Of a stretch of 64,000 bases of DNA, positions 23,041 to 31,439 are shown one piece after another. The DNA is taken from the NCBI GenBank assembly GCA_019748175.1, contig JAIEPX010000012.1, positions 1,858-65,857 of the forward strand, read 5' to 3'. The stretch is from Gammaproteobacteria bacterium. Lineage in GTDB: Bacteria > Pseudomonadota > Gammaproteobacteria > JAIEPX01. The notes beneath the pieces were generated by a model, which saw only the letters and a list, made by a program, of their open reading frames with translations, searched no databases and was not told the DNA's origin. The translations under genes and the position numbers were made by a program. Numbering within the stretch: the stretch's first letter is position 1; every line of letters starts with the position of its first letter.

Positions 23041-24357
23041 ATGAGTGAGCATAAACGAGAACGAAATCCAGACGAATTAGATTCATCAGATGAATCTTGT
23101 CCTAAAAAGCCATCAGTTGATTACGGTGACTCATCAATTGATCTGTTAAATGATCTTGCTGATATCGCCGCTGCTCTTCCATCAAACTCATCGATTTCTG
23201 CGCAAGCTGAATCTTTTCTTTGGGATCACGCTGAAATTTTTGATGATCTACTGATCTCATCTTCACCGAAAAAGGTTGTGGATTATCTTGCTGAGAATCC
23301 GATAAGTCAAGAATACTATACAAGATTATATCAGGCGTTTACCGCGCTCATTAACAAACACTCCAGCGAAAAAATACTAAAAACAGTAAAAAATAAGTCA
23401 ACGGGTAAACGTAGAAAGAGAATTGATATTGGCAAGTTATTGAATAAATTAAAACCTTGCAATACAGTAGAGGGGTGTAAATTTTTAAGCGTATTAGACG
23501 AAGGTATCTCATCTTGGCGGTTACTTAAACTTTTTGATCTTTATCATCTATCATCACATGACGAAAAAAAACCAATTTTAGACGCTTTGATTTGGCTAGA
23601 AAAGCGGCGCAGTTTTATAAAGGCTTGCATGTCTCGAGATATGGCTCTCATGAAATGGCTAGATCATAATAAGCAATCAGAAATGAAAACGACGCTTACC
23701 AAGTTCACTATTACACTTCAAAATCTTTTCTCACAAACAAAGAGCGTCAGTATAATTGAAATAGTACAAAAACGTATAGGCGAAACCCTAAAATTTGAAG
23801 AGAGTATAGAACCCGTAGTCTACAATATGCCACTGATTATGGATATTCGAATGTTGTGGCATACATTGAGCTTTAAGCATTTAATAGATCTTCAAGATGA
23901 GATTAAAAATTCCGAGCTATTAATAGATACTGACAACAATTTTCTTATTGAAAATGAGAGCATTGCTCAATTTTTCTTTTCAACCTATCCATCTCCTTTG
24001 ACCTGTTTTCTTGAAGCTTTTAATGGTCTTGAAAAAGAAACCCGCTCAGATTATACGCTCAAAGTTGATCATGATATCTTGATGTGGTTGTTCTTGTCTC
24101 ACGTCGATAATGCCGAACTCGCAAATACAATTTTAACGCTAAGTGCCGGTGTTGATGTTGTTGCTGAAGCGTATGCTGCCCATCAAAAAGAACGAATTGC
24201 CGCACCTCTTGCAGAATCAATGGCGAGTATTTTATCTCCGATCCATAATTCTCCTACAAAAGAAAAAAGAAAACCGGATCCTGAACTTGTAACGCGATCC
24301 CCCAGAAGAAAAATTGAAAATGCGCTAAATGAAATAAGTTCTCTACAGATAAAATAG
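23041..24357 (+). CDS. Hypothetical protein with NLS-like basic clusters
   Basis: Long ORF; KRRKR, KEKRK and SPRRK clusters; no family recognised. Confidence 0.75.
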   Translation: MSEHKRERNPDELDSSDESCPKKPSVDYGDSSIDLLNDLADIAAALPSNSSISAQAESFLWDHAEIFDDLLISSSPKKVVDYLAENPISQEYYTRLYQAFTALINKHSSEKILKTVKNKSTGKRRKRIDIGKLLNKLKPCNTVEGCKFLSVLDEGISSWRLLKLFDLYHLSSHDEKKPILDALIWLEKRRSFIKACMSRDMALMKWLDHNKQSEMKTTLTKFTITLQNLFSQTKSVSIIEIVQKRIGETLKFEESIEPVVYNMPLIMDIRMLWHTLSFKHLIDLQDEIKNSELLIDTDNNFLIENESIAQFFFSTYPSPLTCFLEAFNGLEKETRSDYTLKVDHDILMWLFLSHVDNAELANTILTLSAGVDVVAEAYAAHQKERIAAPLAESMASILSPIHNSPTKEKRKPDPELVTRSPRRKIENALNEISSLQIK

Positions 24358-24378
24358 AAAATAAAAAAATAGCTATAA

Positions 24379-26226
24379 TTACTTTTTATTCGTTGGAGTT
24401 GATCCGCTATCTCCTGAAGAAATCTTAGGAAGTTCTGGCAACGGGGGAGAGACATCACTCGTTTTTTGATCTCGCTCGCGCTTAAGGTTTTCAACTTGCC
24501 CACTTCGTGGTTGTGCTTGAGATGTTCTTGGAGGCGCGACTGGTTTATCTGTTTTTGGCTTGCTTGGTTGAGGCGATGGACCTTGAGTTTTTCTCGGAAG
24601 CGGTAATGGAGGCTCTGAAACAGGTTTGATTCCTTCAGTTGAACCCTGAGATTCTCTTGGTAGATTTCCCGTTTGTGAAACTCTTAAAGGTTTGGGTTGA
24701 TCTACAGCTACAGCCGGAGTTTTTCTTCGAACCGGAGTAGGTGCTACCCCTAGCCTAGCTGAGACTCTACTTAGATTTTCTTTGCTTGAACTTTGAGATC
24801 CTTGAGCAGGAGTAGGCAAAGGTCGTCCTGAAGGTCGTGGTAATGGAGCAGTAGGTACCGCTGGTCGAGTTGAGACTCTACTTGGATTGTCTTTAGTTGA
24901 AGCTGGCTGAGATCCTTGACCAGGAGTAGGTAAAGGTCGTCCTGATGGTCGCGCTAGTGGAGTAATTCCCACTTGTTTAGTTGAGACTCTACTTGGACTT
25001 TCTTTAGTTGAAGCTGGCTGAGATCCTTGACCAGGAGTAGGTAAAGGTCCTCGTCCTGAAGGTCGTGGTAATGGAGCAGTAGGTACCGCTGGTCGAGTTG
25101 AGACTCTACCTGGAACCTCCTTGCCAGAAGTTCGAGGCGCTGCCTGAGGTCCGCTAGCAGACGGAGGTGGAGGTGGAGTCTGAGGTAAAGGACCTGTTGA
25201 TGGCAATGGAGGCCTAGTAGATTGCTCAGTAACTTGTCCTTGAATTACCTCTTGCTGAGGTTGCGTTCCTTTTTCTTGAGTTTCTTCTTCACTTACTGGA
25301 GCTTGTTGTACAGGTCCAGCAACAGTCCGATTCTGCGGTTGAATTTTATCAATCATCCCGTTTAATAAATTTATTGTATTACTCATGGCAGTAAACCAAC
25401 TATCAGAACTTGTATTAGCATCGACCTCAGACGTTTTCCAAGCAGATCCTTTCTCCATTTTTTTTACTTCACCTAAAAGGGCTATAAGCTTTTCCAACTT
25501 CCCTGGTAAACCCTCCGATACTGTTTTGTTTTGAAGATTTTTCATCTCTTCATGTAGATAGGCTGGTATATTCAAAACAATATCATTTCTTCCACTAGCA
25601 AGTTGTGTTTTTAGTAGCTCCCTATAGTTATCATTCTCTGGTAATCCTTTCTCTATGAATGCATAGAGTTTTTCTTTTTCGACGTATCTATTAACAGATG
25701 GAGATTCTAGAGCTTGATCTGCATTCAGCCTCTCAGCTGATCGCTCTTGCTTTAATGCTCTAATACTATCCATTGCTTGATTGATTCCATTGATCATTCC
25801 TTCACGCCATCTATCCCAAGTGCCTGGTACATCTTTATCACCTAAATTCCAAGCGGCACCCTTTTGCATCTTATCTACTTCATCTATTACTTCGCGTAAC
25901 CCATTCAAAATATCTTCTGCATTATTTGGTATTTTATTTTCTTTTAATAGATCCTTTACCTGTACTAAATAATTTGCAAGAGAACTTCTAATCTCAACTG
26001 ATCCACTCGCCAGTCTTTTATTTAATTCATTTCGATAATCTGGATTATTTATTCCTTTGACAAACTCCTGCATAAGTAGAAAATCTTGGCCAATGGCATT
26101 AATTTCTTTAACTTCTTGTTCTCTTTTTAATTCATCTTCAGTTTTGAACAAATTACTAAAAAAATTGGCAACACGAACCCACCACGGGCCTCTCACTGGT
26201 TCTCTGCTTGGATTATCTTTATTCAT
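24379..26226 (-). CDS. Effector-like protein: duplicated helical domain plus Pro-rich tandem repeats
   Basis: 615 aa; internal ~110-aa duplication; 37-39 aa RVST..PLPRPSGRPLPTP repeats. Confidence 0.85.
   Translation of the reverse strand: MNKDNPSREPVRGPWWVRVANFFSNLFKTEDELKREQEVKEINAIGQDFLLMQEFVKGINNPDYRNELNKRLASGSVEIRSSLANYLVQVKDLLKENKIPNNAEDILNGLREVIDEVDKMQKGAAWNLGDKDVPGTWDRWREGMINGINQAMDSIRALKQERSAERLNADQALESPSVNRYVEKEKLYAFIEKGLPENDNYRELLKTQLASGRNDIVLNIPAYLHEEMKNLQNKTVSEGLPGKLEKLIALLGEVKKMEKGSAWKTSEVDANTSSDSWFTAMSNTINLLNGMIDKIQPQNRTVAGPVQQAPVSEEETQEKGTQPQQEVIQGQVTEQSTRPPLPSTGPLPQTPPPPPSASGPQAAPRTSGKEVPGRVSTRPAVPTAPLPRPSGRGPLPTPGQGSQPASTKESPSRVSTKQVGITPLARPSGRPLPTPGQGSQPASTKDNPSRVSTRPAVPTAPLPRPSGRPLPTPAQGSQSSSKENLSRVSARLGVAPTPVRRKTPAVAVDQPKPLRVSQTGNLPRESQGSTEGIKPVSEPPLPLPRKTQGPSPQPSKPKTDKPVAPPRTSQAQPRSGQVENLKRERDQKTSDVSPPLPELPKISSGDSGSTPTNKK
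24761..25110 (-). repeat. In-frame coding tandem repeat (111/111/117 bp)
   Basis: GAGACTCTAC anchor recurs at 24761, 24872, 24983 and 25100. Confidence 0.92.
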
Positions 26227-26374
26227 GCCATACCCCCTTAAATTATCTCTACTTTAATTATAGTACACTTTCTATAACTCATTGATTTCAGGATAATTTA
26301 TTAACATCCAGCGTGAAACTGGCGTAGATAGAGGCTTTGAGGGTGCTAGGGTGAAGTATACAATAGGCTATTGG

Positions 26375-27229
26375 CTAGAAGCCTCCAACTCTTTGCTTCT
26401 TAAAGAGTAAAGAATGACCTTCTTTAGGTTCATAAAATTCTCTAATAATCTCTAGTGCTTCTTTTTTTGCCGAGGCAATGAGCGATGGAATATCAATAGT
26501 GGGATCTGCTTTTTCAATCAACGCAATCAAATGAGTAAGCATTTCTTGTGTTGTTTCAAGTCCGAATCCATTACTGATTTTAGGACCTAAACCATAATAC
26601 GCATTGTGCATACTGTTTGCACAATGCGGTTGTAATTGATCTGCGATAACAATGTTTTTCAGTGAGAATTCGAAATAATCTCGAGAACGAGATGAATTAG
26701 TTTTATTATAATAACACGCAATATCAAAATGCGTTTCGGCCAATAGTATATACCCAGGCGCATGATGAACTGCAGCCGCAGTATTAGCACGATTTAGTGC
26801 TAAAGCAAAATGATATCCATCACCTTTTTCCAGTTTTACAAGTTCTTCTGATAATGCGCGCAATGCGTGAAAACTAGAGTAGGGTGGAGCAGCCGCTTTC
26901 AATAATAATTCTCGATGCCCTGGTCTGGATCCTCGATGAAAATAATGCAAACCCGCCACACGATAAAAGGGAGCTAAAAATGCTTGGTGTTTTAGTGGAC
27001 GATATCGTAATGAAGAATTTTTTTGTGCTTCCTGATAAGTGGGTTCTGCATTCATTTTCTCCCAAATCATTTCCCAAATAGACTCAAGATCAGGATCTAG
27101 GCAACGATCAACTATTTTTTTCTTGGATTCTGAAAGTAACAAGAGTTCTGCAAAATCATTATTGACTGATTCCATCAGGGCAGTATATTTGCGCAATCCA
27201 ATTTGCTGTATTTCTTGGGACTCTTCCAT
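26375..27229 (-). CDS. Helical hypothetical protein, possibly Legionella DUF5630-like
   Basis: SFHAL, HAPGYILLA and SMHNAYYGLG..SNGF resemble my recollection of that family; unverified. Confidence 0.55.
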   Translation of the reverse strand: MEESQEIQQIGLRKYTALMESVNNDFAELLLLSESKKKIVDRCLDPDLESIWEMIWEKMNAEPTYQEAQKNSSLRYRPLKHQAFLAPFYRVAGLHYFHRGSRPGHRELLLKAAAPPYSSFHALRALSEELVKLEKGDGYHFALALNRANTAAAVHHAPGYILLAETHFDIACYYNKTNSSRSRDYFEFSLKNIVIADQLQPHCANSMHNAYYGLGPKISNGFGLETTQEMLTHLIALIEKADPTIDIPSLIASAKKEALEIIREFYEPKEGHSLLFKKQRVGGF

Positions 27230-27357
27230 GAGTACTCCTAATTTAACTTAGATTCTGCAGTTGAAACCTGACAAGGTGCTAATGCATGAAATCTAGATTT
27301 TATGTCGCCATAGTAATCGATTTAAGAATTTGCTTCAATATTAAATTTTACTGTTAG

Positions 27358-28932
27358 TTATTCAGTATCACTTCCCGATGAGCCAAAATTGAGAGCCCTA
27401 CTGGCAGTCGTCTCATGTTCTTCATCACCTTCATACTCTACATCAGGACCATCCAGATTAGTTACGCCATCCAATTCACCTAGTGATCGTTCTTTCACAA
27501 AGCTATCACAATCTGCAAGAAGGGCGCTCATAGGACTTAGTTCTGTTGATTTCATTTTCTGGTGAGCTACAGCTTCATCTGCCTCAGTAGGTGTTGCCGT
27601 GGATACCGAAAAATTTTTTCTATCCATTGAGAGCCTTTGCAAACGTCCGAATAACGCGGGATTGGATCTTTTAATCAGAGATAAACCTTTTACAGGAGAG
27701 TCTGCGTTGCCTGGCGTACGTGGTGGGGTGACTGACTCCCCATCTTCAATTAAAATTTCTTCATAGATTTCTTCCTCACATGACCGTCCATCTGTATCTA
27801 TAAACCATCTCTTGATTGGTGTCCTTATTATTTTTGATCTCTTTTTGCCTTGGCTCGTTTTTTTCTCAACGCTCTCTTCTGCATCTGAATCAACCTTTTC
27901 TTGAGTTAGTTGAGATCTTTGTTGATCATTTCTCTCTAATTTAGGTACAGCTACTTTCTCGTTACTTCTGAATTCTTCTGTATCATCACCTGACTCTTCT
28001 TCATCTTCGTCTACGTAATAGTCTTCATAAGTATATTCATCGTCATCGTTGGCTTCTTCGTCACTTTCTCTGACTTGATGTGCTGTAGGTACGTGAGTAG
28101 ATCTTGAACCGACCTTTTCATCGCTCCGAGCTTCATCACTTTCTTCTTCAGTAGCACACTCGAGTTCTCCTTCTATAGTCTGTCTAGCAGGTCGCGTTTC
28201 CATGTTCTCCTTAAGATCACCAATATCAGTACTCGTTCCTGATATGTGAGTATCAGTGCCATCTATTTTTACTTCAGATTTACTTTGCAGTACTCCTCTT
28301 GAAGATGTATTACTTAGACTTTCACTCAACACAGCATCTGAATTTGAAGAGACATCATTTTCCTGAGACCCCATCTCATTTTTGTTTTTCACTTTTATTG
28401 CGCGCGGTGAAAATATAGGGTCTAACTTTGGAATGATATTTTCAACGCCAAAATTTTTCCATTTAGTATGAAATTCATCAAAATATTTTGCAAATTGTGT
28501 GGGATATTCTACTAACCAGAATGTCACCACAGATCTATATCCTGTTAATCCTTTAATTGTATAGTCTTTTCTATTAATTCTGACGGTTAGTTCTTCAGCA
28601 TGAAGAGCACCTATTATTTTTATCGCATTCAGAACCATTGTTAAAAATTGAATGCCGGATTGTCTTGTGCTCGGATCACGGCTAAATTCTAATTCCTTGA
28701 TGTACTTTTCGATTTCACCAAGTATTGCATTGAAGAACTGAATAATTTCAAGCTGTGGATGAAGAGGATGATTTTTATCTTTTGTAATTTGAGTAATAAA
28801 ATAACTGACTTCATTTTTCTGCCATTGATTTTGGACAGTGGGCATTTCAGTTTGCAAATGCCTCAGAACAATATTTTGTAGTTCTTGGCGAAACCCAGTG
28901 AGTTTATCGTAGTCTGCATTTTTACTCTTCAT
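27358..28932 (-). CDS. Effector-like protein: folded N-terminus, acidic disordered C-terminus
   Basis: 524 aa; GGAG RBS; D/E tracts with Tyr; S/T-P motifs. Confidence 0.8.
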   Translation of the reverse strand: MKSKNADYDKLTGFRQELQNIVLRHLQTEMPTVQNQWQKNEVSYFITQITKDKNHPLHPQLEIIQFFNAILGEIEKYIKELEFSRDPSTRQSGIQFLTMVLNAIKIIGALHAEELTVRINRKDYTIKGLTGYRSVVTFWLVEYPTQFAKYFDEFHTKWKNFGVENIIPKLDPIFSPRAIKVKNKNEMGSQENDVSSNSDAVLSESLSNTSSRGVLQSKSEVKIDGTDTHISGTSTDIGDLKENMETRPARQTIEGELECATEEESDEARSDEKVGSRSTHVPTAHQVRESDEEANDDDEYTYEDYYVDEDEEESGDDTEEFRSNEKVAVPKLERNDQQRSQLTQEKVDSDAEESVEKKTSQGKKRSKIIRTPIKRWFIDTDGRSCEEEIYEEILIEDGESVTPPRTPGNADSPVKGLSLIKRSNPALFGRLQRLSMDRKNFSVSTATPTEADEAVAHQKMKSTELSPMSALLADCDSFVKERSLGELDGVTNLDGPDVEYEGDEEHETTASRALNFGSSGSDTE

Positions 28933-29007
28933 TATTTATCTCCGTATTAATTTTTTAATAATTTTACATGGTGAAGATTATCAGATAATTCGTTTAAAGC
29001 AAGGGCC

Positions 29008-29041
29008 AGCCTCTCCCAAAATCCTTAACCGGGAGATGCTG
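29008..29041. repeat. Family 2 element, internally deleted copy B
   Basis: AGCCTCTCCC-AAAATCCTTAACCGGGAGATGCTG; 29016-29041 is 25/26 identical to 22916-22941. Confidence 0.85.
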
Positions 29042-29064
29042 TGTAATGTCGGCGTTAAAAAATT

Positions 29065-30033
29065 TTAATTTTTTGAACAAATTTTATCGGCTAAATAGCC
29101 TACAGATCCTGCATAAAAGGTTGAATTATTGTAAGTTTTTATGATGTTAAAATTGTGGAAGGCGAGTAGAGCAGGGCCACCTAATGGCATGATAATTGCA
29201 GCTTCAAGCTCTGGTGAAAGGTGTTTTGGAACTTCGACGCCGAGCTCTTCCCATTCAGACAAAGGGCGTGCGTTTTCAAAACCGTAAAGAGATTCGTCAA
29301 AATCATCAGGTAAGGTTGTTTCTAGTGCCCAAGGCTCATTACTGTGCCATCCATTTTTTTTAAGGTAGTTAGCAATAGAGGCCAATACATCATCAGTGCT
29401 ATTCCAGATGTCTTTTTTGCCATCGCCGTCGTAATCAACTGCGTATTTGTACCAACTTGAAGGCAAAAATTGAGTCTGTCCCGATGCGCCTGCCCATTCA
29501 CCTTTAAAGTTTGAGAAACTGACATGATGATCATTAAGAATTTTGAGTGCCAACAGAAGTTCATGCCGAAAGAACGTTTTGCGGTGCCCTTGGTAGGCCA
29601 ACGTTGCGAGTGAGGTGATGACAGGGAAGTTGCCTTTAAAGTGGCCGTAACTCGATTCAAGTCCCCAGAGGGCTGTAATTATGCAAGGGTTTACGTGGTA
29701 GTCGGCAGCAATTTTCTGAAGTAAATCTTGGTATTTGCTGTATTCGCGACGACCCAAAATAATTCTAAATGTATCGATGCGAGATTTACGATACTCGGCG
29801 TAGGTGAGGCGTTTTTCCGGTTGGGTTTTATCAAAGTGTTGGACACGTTGGCTAGGTTGAACGCCTTCAAACGCTGAGTCGAATACTTGCGGGCGGATGC
29901 CTTGCGCTAAGGCTTCTTTTCGAAGGTTTTGTACCCAGTTTTGCCAGTCAGAATTCTCTTGATTTTGTTGTGCGTAGCTCGCCATCGAGATGAATATCCC
30001 AACAATAATACCAACGAAAAAACCTTTACTCAT
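29065..30033 (-). CDS. MltB-family lytic murein transglycosylase
   Basis: WGLESSYG, SLATLAY, WAGASGQTQFLPSS, DYDGDG EF-hand, YNNSTFYA. Confidence 0.93.
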   Translation of the reverse strand: MSKGFFVGIIVGIFISMASYAQQNQENSDWQNWVQNLRKEALAQGIRPQVFDSAFEGVQPSQRVQHFDKTQPEKRLTYAEYRKSRIDTFRIILGRREYSKYQDLLQKIAADYHVNPCIITALWGLESSYGHFKGNFPVITSLATLAYQGHRKTFFRHELLLALKILNDHHVSFSNFKGEWAGASGQTQFLPSSWYKYAVDYDGDGKKDIWNSTDDVLASIANYLKKNGWHSNEPWALETTLPDDFDESLYGFENARPLSEWEELGVEVPKHLSPELEAAIIMPLGGPALLAFHNFNIIKTYNNSTFYAGSVGYLADKICSKN

Positions 30034-30120
30034 TAACGTATCTCCAAAATAGAACTTACCATTATAGTCTATTTTCGAAACCTCGACAGAAACTTTTCAA
30101 ATACGAAAACATTAAGAGTA

Positions 30121-30688
30121 TTAAGGAGTTGGACTGGGCAAGATCTACCTTTTCAAGACCGCCGTAAATACATCCCTGTAGGCTTCGGTCGAAACATCCT
30201 GTTTCTCACGATCTTGAAAAGGTAGATCTTGCCCAGTCTTCTCAACTCCGTGCTAAGTTTTTATTTCTTTAGCTCTGGAGACTTTTTTAAAAAAATCGCG
30301 AAACAAAGTTCATTGTTCAACAGTGGCAACGAAATATTCTCCATTGGCTCGGCTGCGTACAGACAAGTCAGGTATAGCCTTTCAAGATCGTTGACGAACG
30401 AAGACTACATGGAAGTATTTACGGCGGTCTTGAAAGGCTATACCTGACTTAGTCTGTAGAAGCAGCAAAATGAAAACGCCAATTTAAAACACGGAAAAAA
30501 AATTATCCTAAGTCGCGTAGGCGAAGAATCCAACTTTCTTGGAGGGAAATAAAGCGCAGCGAGGGGGACCCGAGCGAGCCATTCCCGGAAAGACAGTCGG
30601 ATTCTCGCGCCGACTTTAAGAACCCAACGAATTTCTACGAAACGAACGCGGCCTTGAAAAGGTTGTCTTGCCCAGTCTAACTCCTTAA
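30121..30688. mobile_element. Nested-palindrome MITE/REP-like composite
   Basis: ~41-bp imperfect terminal inverted repeats starting TTAAGGAGTT; internal perfect stems of 27 bp and 23 bp plus a third hairpin. Confidence 0.7.
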
Positions 30689-30785
30689 AATTTCTTTAAT
30701 TCCTTTTTTGCGGAAAATGCGTCGGATTGTAACGCCGACTTTGGTAACTCGTTGAATTTAAGCGAAGTTTAAGTAGGTGTATTTA

Positions 30786-30818
30786 CTTAAGACTTTCTTA
30801 ATCTTAGAAGAGTATAAT
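30786..30818 (+). promoter_or_regulatory. PmrA-type box plus -10
   Basis: CTTAAGACT-TT-CTTAATCTT-N7-TATAAT matches the Legionella/Coxiella cTTAAtatT-N2-cTTAAtatT layout. Confidence 0.7.
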
Positions 30819-31030
30819 AGGTCCTGTATTGATTGATTTTTGACAGGAATTCATTTAGAATCCGCCTTAATTTAGAAGTGAAAAGGATAAATAGCTTGAG
30901 TAGTTACAGACAAATTTTGACAGCACTTGGCGATGCTCAAGTTACACTGCGAACTGTGGCTGATACTACACAACATTTTTTACATGAAACGTTACTAAAA
31001 ATTGCAACTCGATTGCGGGAGAGCCATACA

Positions 31031-31288
31031 ATGACTACAAATATTACAATGACCCAACTTGCTCAGGGATACCCTATGGCAGATACTGCGGCCACACCTG
31101 CACCAGAATCTAATCGTACTGAACTCCAAAACGAAATTTCACCCGAAATGTTAGCTGAAATTGCTCAAACACCCGTGACTAAATCTCAACAAGAAAACCA
31201 AAAATCGTTCAAACCACGTCCGGCGTTTATGCAGTCCGATACTGAAGAACTTGAACATCAAAAAGTCTTTAATCCAAAACCTCGTTAA
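31031..31288 (+). CDS. Small disordered hypothetical protein
   Basis: GGAG RBS before ATG 31031 (frame open from 30833); followed by a terminator. Confidence 0.6.
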   Translation: MTTNITMTQLAQGYPMADTAATPAPESNRTELQNEISPEMLAEIAQTPVTKSQQENQKSFKPRPAFMQSDTEELEHQKVFNPKPR

Positions 31289-31321
31289 ATGTAAAATGTA
31301 ATTCAACGATCAATTCCTTCT

Positions 31322-31360
31322 AAAAGTAGTGACTCAACACGTTGAGAACTACTTTTTTTT
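31322..31360 (+). terminator. Rho-independent terminator
   Basis: AAAAGTAGT-GA-CTCAAC-AC-GTTGAG-A-ACTAC followed by T8. Confidence 0.8.
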
Positions 31361-31439
31361 ACCTGCTACAACGACAAAAATCTCTAGCCAATAACTATTG
31401 AATCCATTAACATTAGTTCTTACGAAATAGAGGGACTAA

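Noticed and set aside
24761-25110. CRISPR-like periodicity
   Set aside because: Units are in-frame coding repeats without unique spacers; no cas genes
28950-28992. Second PmrA-like box upstream of the 524-aa gene (GATAATCTT-N7-TAAAAT, minus strand)
   Set aside because: Only one degenerate half-site is present
30229-30447. 72-aa ORF in the nested palindrome
   Set aside because: Starts and ends within repeat stems, has no RBS and no transposase motif
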